DNA of 63,479 nt, counting the filler, from Rhabdomonas costata (lineage: Eukaryota), in NCBI GenBank assembly GCA_019059605.1. It is 27 parts of 27 records of this genome, joined end to end, with 100 filler letters (N's around TTAATTAATTAA, not from the genome) between each part and the next. Parts side by side here need not be neighbours in the genome. Positions count along the whole stretch, not along the records: positions 32,960 to 35,213 come from JAHMHO010004506.1; positions 35,314 to 37,567 come from JAHMHO010004507.1; positions 37,668 to 39,920 come from JAHMHO010004508.1; positions 40,021 to 42,272 come from JAHMHO010004509.1; positions 42,373 to 44,625 come from JAHMHO010004510.1; positions 44,726 to 47,012 come from JAHMHO010004511.1; 21 more parts are not named here. One strand, written 5' to 3'. Shown piece after piece: positions 34,186 through 46,733 of the stretch. The position numbers and the translations under genes are program-made. Positions within the stretch are counted from its first letter, which is position 1; every line of letters begins with the position of its first letter. A model generated the notes under the pieces. That model did not search any database and was not told the DNA's origin. It saw only the letters and a program-made list of their open reading frames with translations.

Positions 34186-35487
34186 TGTAAGGCGAGCAAC
34201 AAAAAAATCAAAGTGTTTGGAGAAACGAAAAAAACCCCAGTGGAAAGAGTAGCGCCAACAAGCCATCTGAAGTGTGTGATTGCTTTCGAGTTTGCATCTT
34301 ACGTGATGGACCTTCAGGCAGACAGTCTGCTGAATTAAACCTAAATGAGGCACAGAAGGGCGAGGGGAGGTGTCTGTACACACAGTTCAGCATCCTTTCA
34401 TTGAGTTTTCTGAGTTTTCGATTGGTTTTTTCAGGTGATTTTCAATTGGGTGGTGTTCTTAGGAAGGGGTGGGGGCGCCCTCCTGTCCTTAAAGTACATG
34501 AGGAAGCAGGCTTTTTGATTGAGTTTGGGTTTAGGTTTATGATAGAGCCCCATAAAAGGCAAAAAGCTACAAGACAATTCTCGACCCGAAATTTATACGT
34601 CTTACCGAGAGGGTATGCGGTGTGGTTGGAGGGGTGGATACCGCCTCATTTTTGACGAGAGGCGGGAAGGCGGGTAGATACATCATCCTAATGCATCGCA
34701 TCATCACTCACATCAGGTTCTCTTTCTTGCCCTCTGACTGCGGTGGCTGCCATCAGATTAGTGGATGCATCCGTAAGGTGGGTCTTGGCGTTGGAATTGG
34801 CATCTCTCACTCACTTCACTCATCAGCCCACCTTGCGGGCCCACTCTCAGCGTCACCATCCCAGCATTGACATCGCCTCAACCACCGGAGGTAGGATTGG
34901 CATGTCGTGGGGTGGCCGCTGCCCTTGGTTACCCATCACGCTAATACATCGAGTGGAGTAGCAAATGACCTCAGGGAGAGTGGAGGGGTTGACTGCAGCG
35001 GCCACCCTGACATAGCGACAGGAGTGACATCTTGGCATGGTTGCCTTGGCACTGCATCATGGCCCCTGGTTAGTACTGTGGTGGTGGGTTACAGCTATGG
35101 GTTATGTATACTCTTGCCACTCCATCAGTGCATCAATAAGGTGGTGGTCTATGTCTGATCTTACCACTACGGTAGAGTGTGTACCCTGAGCTCATCGCGT
35201 AGTGCATACAACANNNNNNNNNNNNNNNNNNNNNNNNNNNNNNNNNNNNNNNNNNNNTTAATTAATTAANNNNNNNNNNNNNNNNNNNNNNNNNNNNNNN
35301 NNNNNNNNNNNNNGTGTTGGGTTCTTCCACAGTAGATAAAGTAATGTGGAATAATAGGCCAATGCGGCCGTTGTTTTGTGCCACACTTATGTTGTGCTGG
35401 TGCTGGTGATGGAGGTATATATCCTCTCACCCCTCCCCTTTGGTAAGGAGGGGGCAAAAGAAAATGGATCTTGTCGCCTCGTCCCAG

Positions 35488-36265
35488 GTGCTGCCGCGAT
35501 GGTTCTGATGGCCGCCGATACCGCTGCTAAGCTGGGTGTGAAGCCCCTGGCTGTGATCTCCAGCATGGGCAAGGGCGGCTGCGCCCCAGAGCTGATGGGG
35601 GAGTCCCCCGTGCCCGCCATGGTGGACATGATGAAGAAGTCCGGCCGCAAGCTTTCTGATTACGGTCGCATTGAGGTGTGTCGAAGAATCTAGACCGCAG
35701 GGTACATTGCAGGGTACCGCAGGGTAAACTGCCCCGATGAAAGAAAAAGAAAACCTGTAGCTACATTTGCCTCCCAGCCTGGTACCCCCCACCCGTTTCG
35801 CGCACACGCGCTGCCACCACAGCTCAACGAGGCCTTCGCCGCACAGTACATTGCCTGCGAGCGGATGATGGACCTCAACCGGGACGTCTGCAACGTCAAC
35901 GGCAGCGGGATTGGTCTCGGCCACCCTGTGGGCTGCACCGGCAGCCGCATCATCATCAGCCTGCTGTACGAAATGATGGCCTCGAAGACCAAATATGGGT
36001 ATTTCCCCCTTGCTTATCCGTTGCTCAAATTTCTTAAAGATGTTCCACTGGTTAATATCGCTGTTTCGTTGTCGCGGTACCGACGAAAGTGGGTGTGTTG
36101 TATTTTTAATTGGATACCCAGTCTTTCGGGTGAGACGTATTCGGATAAGTTTTGAGAATTTTTTGTGTCCTTTTCATTTCTTTGCTCGACCACCCACATC
36201 TCAGGTGTGCCTCCCTCTGTGGCGGCGGCGGGGTCTCTCTTGCCACCGAGCTCACCCTGTGCTAA
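35488..36265 (+). CDS. Thiolase (acetyl-CoA C-acyltransferase), last 3 exons
   Basis: Exons 35488-35675, 35823-35998 and 36205-36265: GAAAMVLM...IE|LNEAFAAQ...NVNGSGIGLGHPVGCTGSRI...YG|CASLCGGGGVS...*; NEAF, GHP and CxGGG motifs present. Confidence 0.96.
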
Positions 36266-38346
36266 GGTCCATGCCAACAACTCCCCACCACCACAGCACC
36301 CTCCTGACTTTGCTGATAATGATGTGTGAGGAGGGCGGTGGCTTTGCAGATGCTAGCGTCCAACTCTCGTGCTTTTACCTTGTGCTCATCTGGGTCCCCA
36401 AAGCTCTTCTCTTGTCAACCTTTTTCTGGTACATAAGCTGTTATCTCCCCGTTGTCCTACCTTATCACCACCACACCTCTGTCTGGTGCGGAAGAAGCAA
36501 CTGTACGGTTGCTGGGGTGGGGATATGATGTCAGCGTGCACACGAACACACAGACTGTCTCTCTCTGTGGATACCTCAGCGAAATGCAGAGCAGAAAGAG
36601 GCCTACTTGACTGGTTTGAGGCGAAGCGCACCAGTTCTCTTGTACCTTTGAAGGGTGTATCTACCATTATTGTTTGGAAAGACATTTTGGGGTGAGAGTG
36701 GGAGCTGGGGTGCACATGAGCAAATGTTCGGAGTGCAAGGCAGTGGAGGACCACTGCCTGTCAACTTATGTTCAAACAAAACCACAGCAGTTGTCGGACC
36801 TGGCTCCCCCACCAGCGGGAGTTCGGCTGCTAGTTAGTGCCCTTGCAGAAACTGTGCCCGCGCACTGTCTTCCATCACCAAGTACCCCGCACTGCAAGCG
36901 CACAGGCAGCAATTTGCAACTCCTGCGGCTGCAAACCGCGATGCCTCTTCCGTGTCTTGGGGATTTAATGCCCACTCGTTGCCGGGAGGGCCCTTTTTTA
37001 CGGGGGATAGAAACACAGGTCTTCAGAAGAGCGTGTGGCGCCCCCAACCAACCAAGTGAACGTGTGTTTGTCCCCCCTTACGGTGGGTTTCCACCAAGTA
37101 AGAGCAAAACTTCTTTCTGATTGATCTCGAAAAAAATAGGAACGGTCCTCCTAATGTCAGAACCGGATCTTCTCCTCCGGCCAAGGATCACATCTTGCCC
37201 GGAAACACGTGCTCCCACAACACATACTTTCATCCACATTTCCCCCCAACGAAATTCCCTTTTGCCCAAATGACCTTTCTGGGCCATTCCCCTTGACCAT
37301 TGCTGCTGTCTTTTCCGTGCGCAACACCCCTTGTCTTTTCGTGCTTTTCTTCCTGCGTTTCCTTTCGTACCGCCTTTCCCCCGCGGACCTTTTGGTCACT
37401 TGACCCTACCGCTTGTTTTTAAATTTGCTCCCACATTAGACCAAAACAAAAGGAATCTAATTGGAAACCCCCTTTTGCTAGACCAAAACTCCCGACCCCA
37501 CAAAACTACCGGATTTGACCCAAACACCCAAACACACCCCAACACCACCAAACACACACAACCCACCNNNNNNNNNNNNNNNNNNNNNNNNNNNNNNNNN
37601 NNNNNNNNNNNTTAATTAATTAANNNNNNNNNNNNNNNNNNNNNNNNNNNNNNNNNNNNNNNNNNNNGGTGGTGGTTAATGTTTCGGAGGAACCACACGG
37701 TTCGAAAAATGGAGAGCTTTGAATGACCTTTGCTGGTTGATTTCGGTGGTTTTGTTCTGAGTTTGCAGGCGTTCCGCTGAGACGGGTTTTTGGCACAGCG
37801 GAAGAAAGGAAGCCTGTTTGCTCCTTGCAGGGAATTACGCCGAGAAGTCGCACTGCCCGGACGTTCGAGTGGCCTACCGTTTTGAGGTGTGTGGAGAGGT
37901 GAGATTCATGATGGGGCTCATTGAGGCATCGTAGAAATGACACTGTTGCTCAATGAGAGGTGACTCGAATTAATTACGTGTATTGACCTTGAGCGCTGTA
38001 ACGCAACAGTCTTCTCAGGAACGGCGAAGGGTCCAGCCTGATCGCTTAACGTCCGATAGGTGTCTTGCCAGCCATCTCGGAGGTGCGCAGCCTCTTTATC
38101 TCAACTACCAAGTATCACTTTAAGTGGCCAACGTCCCAAGAACGCCCGGAGAGGTGAAGGATGAAGGGGAAACAAACACGGATGTAGAGGAAAAGAAAAG
38201 GGCTGTTCGATGAGTACCTGCAGAACTGCTCACCCACTCTGTACACATCCGCACATCCGCAAAACCGCAGAAAGCTGGGACCGTCAGTGAGCGGGGGGCA
38301 TCGGCTCCTCATCAGCTGGCGTGGATACACACACATCCACTCACAG

Positions 38347-38881
38347 GTATACCACTCGGAGATTGACTACCTGGAGAGCGTGGCCGGCAACAAGTCCTTC
38401 CGGCGGTACATGCTGACTACGGCCCAAGAGAACGACATTGTTCGGGAGGTCCGAATGCGCTCCGACCATGAGAGGTTGCTCACCCCCCGTCGCACGCACC
38501 CCCACTTTTTGTTCCTAGTCTCCCAACAATGCGGTCACCCCGGCTTCCAGCAAATTCAAAGACGACGTCGATATGGAAACCGAATGACCCACACGCACCC
38601 GCATACATGGCATGGCGGAGAACCTCGAGAATTCTCATTTCTCAATTCTCAGGCAGTTTCGTGCGCTGGTCACCACGCGGTCCACGCGGGCCTTCTCGAA
38701 GTACACCGCGCTGACGGAGGGGGACCTCAACGAGGTCCTGCAAGTGCCCTCGCCGCGCAGCCAGGCCATGGTCGCCGTCACTCGCCGCAGCCCCCGCTCC
38801 AACCGAACCGCCGCGGAGCGCACCCTGACCGATGCCCTGTCCGAGTTCATTGAGAAAACCAAAGGTCCCAACATCCTCTGA
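38347..38881 (+). CDS. Last exons of an unknown protein
   Basis: cag|VYHSEIDYLESVAGNKSFRRYMLTTAQENDIVRE|GTCCGA...ggcag|FRALVTTRS...KGPNIL*; in-phase junction, GC3-rich. Confidence 0.5.
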
Positions 38882-39438
38882 TTCATTGAGGGGGGAGTGA
38901 GTGGAGGGGTGTGGATCAATTGCATCAGATGGCCTGCATTGCTTCTTCTATGAATTTTCGACTCATGTAAAACCTGCCTCTACGAAGCGGCCTCCACACA
39001 GATTTCGGAACATGGAAGAGTTTGTCGAAGGGGCGGTGGGTGCTGGTGTGCCCACTGAAATAACTGGACTTTCTGAAACCATCACAATGGCAGTGATGGT
39101 TTCAGATGGTGTAAACATCTCTGGAAAAATCTTGAGAGGATCAACCTTTACCCTTTTTCTTTCGGAAAAACAGCAATGTGTGAAAAAGGCAGAATTCGAC
39201 AGCGGCAGCGCAGCACCTCACTGCCACACACATGGACGCGTACATAGCTTGCTTGTTACTCTTGATCTGCCTGTTCTGCAGCCTCTGGGCAACTCTCGCC
39301 ATCCTCTTCTGGACGACAGCGGCAAGACTCGGGGCAGAGCCCGAGTGGCCTTCTGACTGTCGCGAAATCGCCAGTTGTAGTTCCCCCCGCTCTGGTATTC
39401 TGTCACATCCATTCACCCAACACTCACTCATTCACTCG

Positions 39439-39495
39439 TGGTCGGGTCGTGGTCGTGGTCGTGGTCATGGTCGTGGTCGTGGTCGTGATCGTCGT
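39439..39495. repeat. (GGTCGT)n hexamer microsatellite
   Basis: About 9 slightly degenerate units. Confidence 0.9.
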
Positions 39496-40020
39496 CTGGC
39501 CCCAGGCCTCAGCGCTCTCGTGTCGGAACCGGGGCAGCACAGCCAGAGTCGGATTGTGGTATGTATAGGCCAGTGGGGCCTACTCCCACCCGTGGCGGTG
39601 GAGGCCAGAGGGTTTGTAAATTAGCAGTGTTAAACGTTTAGCACTCCTATTCCGCTGTTGATTACAAACCACCACCACGAGGCGTAGCTCGCCTCTTTCC
39701 CCTCTGAAGATACGAGTGCTATTCAAGCTTCGTTCGCGCGTGCCCATCGCTCCGCAACTGCTGCTGGCCCTGTGTCAGGTTGCCAGCCCGACGGTGCCCC
39801 GGCTGGAGCTCCACGCACCCTCCCCAGGAAGGTCCCCTGCGAAGCCCCAAGGATCCGGGGTCCCTCCCCCGCTGACCGACCTAGGGCTCTCAGTTACGGA
39901 GGCCCCAGCCCAAACCCAACNNNNNNNNNNNNNNNNNNNNNNNNNNNNNNNNNNNNNNNNNNNNTTAATTAATTAANNNNNNNNNNNNNNNNNNNNNNNN
40001 NNNNNNNNNNNNNNNNNNNN

Positions 40021-42205
40021 AGCTGCTGCGGAGGTCAGGGTGCAGGTCCAGCCAGGCCTTCACGGCAGCCTAAAGGAAGGGGTGCACACGCAATAAAAAA
40101 GATACGTAATAGGGTACATCCCGAAACTCAGGATGTTAGAAGTTTTCACAGGAAGTCCTGGGAATGTTATAAAATGCCGCTAGACTCGTACATATGTATA
40201 TGACATGGATCAAACGTTTGCATGTTACTGAGACCAAAAGCATGTGTTTTGAGTTTACGGCATAACGTGATATAACACACAGAAAAGAAAACAGAAACAC
40301 AGGAAGCGCAACTACCGCGCAAAGCGAGCAGTATTCCTGCACATCCACAGCACATAAATAACCACAAAAAGATGCGAGTACGCGAAGATGCCTTCGTGCC
40401 CGTCCGCTGGACGAACTTGTGGTTCAGCAGCTCCGCCGCCGTGGGGCGGTCGCTGACGAGCTGTGAAGTCGTCCACCGTACAAAATCGCGCAGCTCTGGG
40501 CTGGGGTTCAGGTCGCGGCGGTCGGGGTAGAGGGAGCGGATCTGCGGAGGAAAATCAGACCGAGCCCCGGTACCTGTTTGGCTTAGCAACAAAAAGCAGG
40601 CGTGCTCCAATTTCTTTGCAAGGATTAGAGGCTCGCCGACAATATAAAAAGAGGAGGCGCAAACCACCCATATTTTTGTACGCCCATGTGTGTTGTCACT
40701 TACCTTAGGTAGCAGCAGGTCGAAGTCCACCACGCCATTTCCCTCAGCAACAAGCCTGCCGAGGAGCATTCACAAAAGGGGGGGGGGGGGACAACGAAAT
40801 CCGCCGCGCCCGGAGACCAACACAGCAGAGCCGTCGCAATACAAATCACAGCGCATGAGAAAAGGCAAACCTCCCAAGCGGTGAGGTCACAACTAACAAT
40901 AGGACAGAAAAAGAAGACGTGGCACCACGAGGTGCGTGTGTGTTTGGGGAAGGGCACACACGCGATGAGGTCGAAGGGGTTCATCTTTGCGGTGAAGGGG
41001 TTCGCCACAGATGTCTAAGTCACAAGAAAAAAGGCAACTGAGAAAAACCCACCGATATGCCGGGTTCGTCTGTCAGTCATTGCTCGCAAGGACTCTACAA
41101 AGGGAATGTGAATGTACGCATAGGGAGGTACCAGCTGGCGGGTGCTCCCTAATTGCGGCAGGCTGCGCGCTGCCGGCTTCTCGGATCGTGGCGTTGTGAG
41201 TACGATATTTACCCATTATAGCCCATTAAGCCCCATGCCAGACCAATTGGAATTAAATGTAAAGTGCTGGATGACAGATGACCAATGTTTCGGAACATAA
41301 GACAATAAATTGGAACAGGAATCGGATTGTCAGATGAAGCGGACTGTCTTCGGGGAGGAGAAGGGGGGGGGCCCTTCTGCTTTCTGTGGCCCTTCGGGCA
41401 AAGGTAACTGAACCCCAATGGAGACACAGGCCGCAGTTCGCTTCAACGTTGACGGAACTTTCCTCCCGGGAGAAAATAATCCGGGAAACATGTACACAGT
41501 GGAATCCCTACTTATTTATTAACTGCCATCTCGACCTCACCCACCCTGATTACAGTCTACGGTATTTAGATCACCCCTCGGACGAAGCATACTCTTTGAA
41601 GACCGTTTCTTCTCACAAAGATAGTTGGCTTTCTGGACTTCCAAAGCTCCAACTATCTGACGTTTTGCCCGTACCCGCAGCTTTTCGAATGTTTCTAACA
41701 GCTATTTTATATCTTAACAATGCACACACGCCCTCCTCCCGCCCTCACCACGTAATGTCGAATCGAAATCCTGTGAGCACTGTCTCCTTCGGCTGTGCGC
41801 TGCACATTTGCGCCTGTGTTTGATCATTCTTTGTCCTCGGGCACAACGGAAGTTAGCAGAGATAACCTCATTTGCCGGTATAAAATGACCCGCGTTCCGG
41901 GCCACTCCCGTACCAGCTGAAGAAAGAGGATCCGATCATCCAAGCAGAACCCAAAAATAAAAAAAAAAGAGGAAATACAATTGGACTGAAGCCCAGATAC
42001 AGACAATACGGACCTTGGCCGATGAAAGTCGTATATATCGACCCCCCCCAACCACCCCGCACACCGGGTTGGTGCCCGATTTGAGAAGGATGCTGAAGGG
42101 GTGCACCCCCAGTGCGCACTGCACAACCGTGAGGCCGACGCTCCAGATATCCGTCTTGAAGACGTCGTCCATGGAAGCGTAGCGGTCACCTCGGGTAACC
42201 TCTGG
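40021..42205 (-). CDS. STE/MAPKK-like protein kinase, C-lobe exons
   Basis: PEVTRGDRY...KTDIWSVGLTVVQCALGVHPF|MNPFDLI|...|SPELRDFVR...DRPTAAELLNHKFV|AAVKAWL (subdomains VIII-XI; the GLTVxxCAxGxxPF pattern is typical of MAP2Ks). Confidence 0.8.
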
Positions 42206-43125
42206 CTGCGAGGCATCCAGGAAAACAGTATTCCAAATGCGTGCAAAAAGGCGACCTGGGACCACCACAACANNNNNNNNNNNNNNNNNNNNNNNNNNNN
42301 NNNNNNNNNNNNNNNNTTAATTAATTAANNNNNNNNNNNNNNNNNNNNNNNNNNNNNNNNNNNNNNNNNNNNTAAATTAACTAAAAGCGGTGACGTAAAG
42401 TATGCCAGCACTCGAAAAGACTGTATTTTTGTGTAAGGGGGATAGGTAGGCTTTGCCAGTGCCCCCTAGATGATTGTTTTTGCCTAGCAGCTGAAAACTA
42501 CTGCTGGCTAAGGACTCGCCAATGGCTGGGATAGGGAAAATTGCTACCACTGCCAACCGTTACCACTCCCCCCCCCCCCAACTTCGGTTGCACCTTGGGG
42601 CCTGCTATTACCTCTGGCGGGGCGTTAGCAGGCGTTGATGAATTGAGGGGAAAAAAGCCCGCTTAAAAGAGAAAAGTTGCGCAGGGACACGTCTCCCTCA
42701 GCCACCCCAAAAGGGTGAGGGGACGGTGTAAGTGTGAGGTGCCTATCGCTGGTGGGCCGTTGATGTCGGGACGGCAACCGCATTCCATGTGCCATATGGG
42801 CATTAATAATGGATCGGATTAAATAATGGATCAACTGTGGATCTTTTCTTTCGTTAAATTTAAAGGATAGCCAGCTCCGAACCAATGAAAAAGAAAATGA
42901 AAGGAAACTCGGACCCCAAGGACCGGCCACCGGAGGCCTACTATACATGCAAAAGACCCCAGGGGCCTGCTTCGCTTTGCCGTCCTAATTCACGTCAACT
43001 AACATGAAACAAAGTCTATTCATATTTGAGATTTTTGTCCATGTCCATCAGTTATACCTTCACGAGAGCACATTCTCTGTGTTCGACCCCCCCCCCTCCT
43101 TTTTTCGTATCGGCGTTTCTTTCAG

Positions 43126-44620
43126 GTTTGGATTTACGATGGCGGAGCGCGCGGTGGTCGTTGACGCGCTCTCCCTGGAGCTCAGTGTGACCTGGGAGAG
43201 GGACTTGCTGGCCCAGTTTGGGCACGAGATGGAGGAGGGAGCCCGGGCCAGCTGTGCGGGGAGCCCGCAGCCCCGGGCGCAGCGGGAGCTCTTCTGCCGC
43301 GGTGCGTGGTCTCCGGCGATGGTGTTTGCGAGGGAGGACCTGAACCCCGGACACGTCGTCAGTGGTCCGGCAATAATTTCGGATGTATGCCTGCTTCGGG
43401 GAAATGCCTTTGGTGGTGCTCTATGGTGCGGTGCGAGTCTGGAATGCACCGGCAAGTGAGCTTTGTTGCAGTAGTACCTCAATTTGCTCAGTTTGCTCAG
43501 TTTTTGATGACCTGATGGCAGTTTTGATAGCTTTCGGCGCATGGTGTAGTGAATGTCTTCCTTTTTTTTTTTTCGGATTGTAGACACATATCCCAAGTTG
43601 CAAATTGGGTTCCGCTGGCGGTTGCGTGGAAGACGCTGGAAGACCTTTTCACTTGAGTCCACCCCTTATGATGTTCATGCATTCTCTCAACGGGCGAGTT
43701 TATTTCCGACGGCATGTGTGCGAAAGTTTGGAAGAGTGCAGGCTGGATACAAACGTCTCAAGTCCTATGTACAGCTCTGTGAATTGTGTCAGTGATGTGT
43801 ATGGTGAAAGGCAGCGTGAAGTGGTTTTCTGGTGTGGGATGGGGATGGGGGTGACACAGGACACGGCCACCACAGTTTTAGACCCTGGGTGGGAGGCCTC
43901 TGTGACGGCTTGTCTCAGCCTGGTATTGAGGCGGGTCGTTCCGTTGCCTCGGGCTCCTGCCATGGGGACGACGGTGGACCCGGTGTGTATGGTGTTGAGG
44001 GCCTTTGAAGCGGGGCCTGCTCCTTTCTACTGAGTTTCTACCGATTTGCTGAACCTTAGTGTTCTCCGAGAACTTTAAGTCCGCTAAGGTGTCTGTGCGA
44101 GAAAATATGCTCTATCTGTTGAGTGCAGTGCACTCGCTGCCCTTCTGATTTCACAGGGTGCGTGCTGTATGGTACTATGAAGGAATCTGCGCGTAAGACC
44201 TTGTTTTGACGTTTTTCTTCGAGTCCCAGCGGGTGATACGTTAACACGTGGAGCATATGTTCTTTTTCATTACAGGTGCTGTTGGAAGTCTTCGGTAACC
44301 GCTTCATGTCCATCGCAGAGCAGATGGGCTCTGCCCTGCAGAATACCGCGTACTCGGTATGCCAGCACCAAGAATGAGTGACCCGAGATCTTTCGTATGA
44401 CCACATGTCCAACCCCTTGTTGTGACGCGCTTTGCTTGCTCTCGTTTGCATCTGCTGTTATGGGCAGATGCAATCTTCAGTTTGTTCAGTTTGGGGGGTT
44501 AGTTGCGTTTTGGCTCGTTTTTGTTGCACGTGCCCTGTCACCACACCGCGCAGGTCAACATTAAGGAAAGGCTGGACTTCTCATGTGCGCTGTTCACGCC
44601 TGCTGGGGAGCTCGTCACCA
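43126..44620 (+). CDS. 5-oxoprolinase (fused hydantoinase A/B), partial, 4 exons
   Basis: RFGF...VSGPAII|DTATTVLDPGW...GTTVDP|VLLEVFGNRFMSIAEQMGSALQNTAYS|VNIKERLDFSCALF; GT-AG junctions in phase. Confidence 0.93.
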
Positions 44621-45004
44621 ACACCNNNNNNNNNNNNNNNNNNNNNNNNNNNNNNNNNNNNNNNNNNNNTTAATTAATTAANNNNNNNNNNNNNNNNNNN
44701 NNNNNNNNNNNNNNNNNNNNNNNNNAGGCTCCGGACCGGATGTTGGGGTGCATCAGGAAGCTCCAGGAAACCCACAACATATTCCGACATAAAAACGGCC
44801 AGTAAAACCTGTGAGTGAAGAAAACTAGCAAGCTCAAGGCCTGCTCAATAAAAAGAGGTGCGGGGCCTTTCGAACACGCACACACACATTGCACCTCTGT
44901 ATGTGGGGTTCAGTGCGCGAAAACGGGTCGGGATACGAAAGAGAGGTGAGCGAGAGCTGAGGAAGCACAAGGGAGGCCCTTTCGACAAAGGAAGAAGGAA
45001 GCAC

Positions 45005-45892
45005 CTCCAGCTGGGCGATCTTGTGGTGCTCCTCTCTGCTGGAGAAGCATTGCCGTAGGGCGGAGAGCAGCCTGGAGCCCACGCTGGGCCGCTGCCCCGC
45101 CGCGGGAACCCCATCCCTAACAAAAGGGAAAGTAGAAAAAGGCAGGCATACAATCAAACGCACAGGAAAACGCGCACATTCAGAAAACAGACAAAACAGA
45201 AAAAACACGTGTGCGACCAAACAGGCCAGACGACAGGTCCGGAGGCCGGCAAAGAAAATTAGGAGGGTGGTCCTGGAAAAACCCCGGCACAAACACATTT
45301 ACACGAACATTCTCTCGCAGGCAGGCAGAGGCACGCACCGGCTCCTGCTCCGCAGCTCCCACTGCCCCAGGGCCAGCCGCTTGCGCTTCATGGCGATGCT
45401 CTCCATGACCTGCTGCTGCCGCCACTCCACCGCGGAGGTCTCCGTGCACTGCCCCCGCTGAAGAGACACCCAAAATAAGGAAAGGAGAACAAGGAGCGTC
45501 GGAAACAGAAGGCAGATAGACAACTGATTAGCTGGTGTGACAAGGGAGAGACCACACGTGACTAGAAAACCGCAAGAATGAGTCAGGGGTCAAGATGCGC
45601 AATGCGTAAGAATCCACACGAACACACGCACTGGCATGGCTGCAGGCGCCGCCATCTACAGCCTCCATTCGTCGTACCCCCACACTGACAGTGCATGGTG
45701 CGGGCGCACAAGGGAGCGGCCAGATGTCCTCGACCATCCACTCCCAAACATGACACACCACGCGCGCGCGCACACACACACACGCACGTGCCTTCCAAAA
45801 GTAGCTGAGGTAGGACCGCGGGGAGGAAATCGCACCGAAGCCGCTCAGCAGAGCCATCGCCGTCACCCCGACAATCCCCACCCGGCTAACCC
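45005..45892 (-). CDS. GPR89: GPR89/GPHR/GTG-family Golgi pH regulator (partial, 3 exons)
   Basis: [31 protein letters not shown]|...QVMESIAMKRKRL matches [31 protein letters not shown]...KKKR. Confidence 0.9.
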
Positions 45893-46325
45893 CTTCGTAA
45901 TTTTTTTTGGGAACTCTTTGCTTCAAGAGATGAGCAAGAAAGAGAGAAAGCACATGACACAAATCACACGCACGCAGGCGGGCATACACGGACACACACA
46001 TAAGTGTGGATACGGGACAACCTCCAGCCTCTGTGCCGTTCAGCTCAAACCACCCCCCTCCAATTATTTATTTATGGGACGAAACAGAATACACTCAAAC
46101 AAGAGGGGCAACCCGAGGAAATGACAGAACGCAAAAGAGGGGCACCAGGATAGAACCAACAAGGAGGCTTGCTTGAGCCATACCTCAACACTATCTTTGC
46201 TGAGTTTCTGAACGAGTGGCAGGTGAAATGAAATTTTTTCATGCTCTGGCAGAACATTTTTTCTCATGGGGAAGCTCAGAGACTACTTCGAAAAGAGGGG
46301 TATTGCACCCGTTCAGATTCCGTTG

Positions 46326-46326
<1 letters not shown>

Positions 46327-46364
<38 letters not shown>
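46327..46364. repeat. (TG)n microsatellite
   Basis: About 19 units; shorter CA/GT runs at 27505 and 62422, and a GA run at 52343. Confidence 0.95.
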
Positions 46365-46366
<2 letters not shown>

Positions 46367-46628
46367 GTGCTTGTGTCTTTCTTTGTTGCCGTTTTGTTGT
46401 CTTTTCTTTTTCCCTTCCTTTGTTGTATCTGCTGTGACCAAAAGAAGGTGGAGCAACACGAGAGCTGGGTTGCACTGGAGTGAGGATTTTTTAACTTCTT
46501 TGGGTTTGGCTCCTCCAGGCCCTGGTGTATTTCAAGCTCTTGAACATCGGAGTCTGGTGTTCACTTTGCGCGGTTTGCTACAGGTCTTCTATTGCATATG
46601 CTGCATGCAATGAAACAATGTTCAGCAA

Positions 46629-46733
46629 TGTATTCAACGCAAAACTGTCACTGAAACTCTTAACTATTGTTTTCTTCTCGCTGTATTCAGCGCAAAACTT
46701 TCACTGAAACTCTCAACTATTGTTTTCTTCTCG
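46629..46733. repeat. Tandem duplication, about 53 bp x2
   Basis: tgtattcaRcgcaaaactKtcactgaaactctYaactattgttttcttctcgc twice, with 3 differences. Confidence 0.9.

Noticed and set aside
34640-35213. Possible RNase H/retroelement remnant upstream of the second ART
   Set aside because: Only vague motif resemblance with many stops; cannot be supported by eye.
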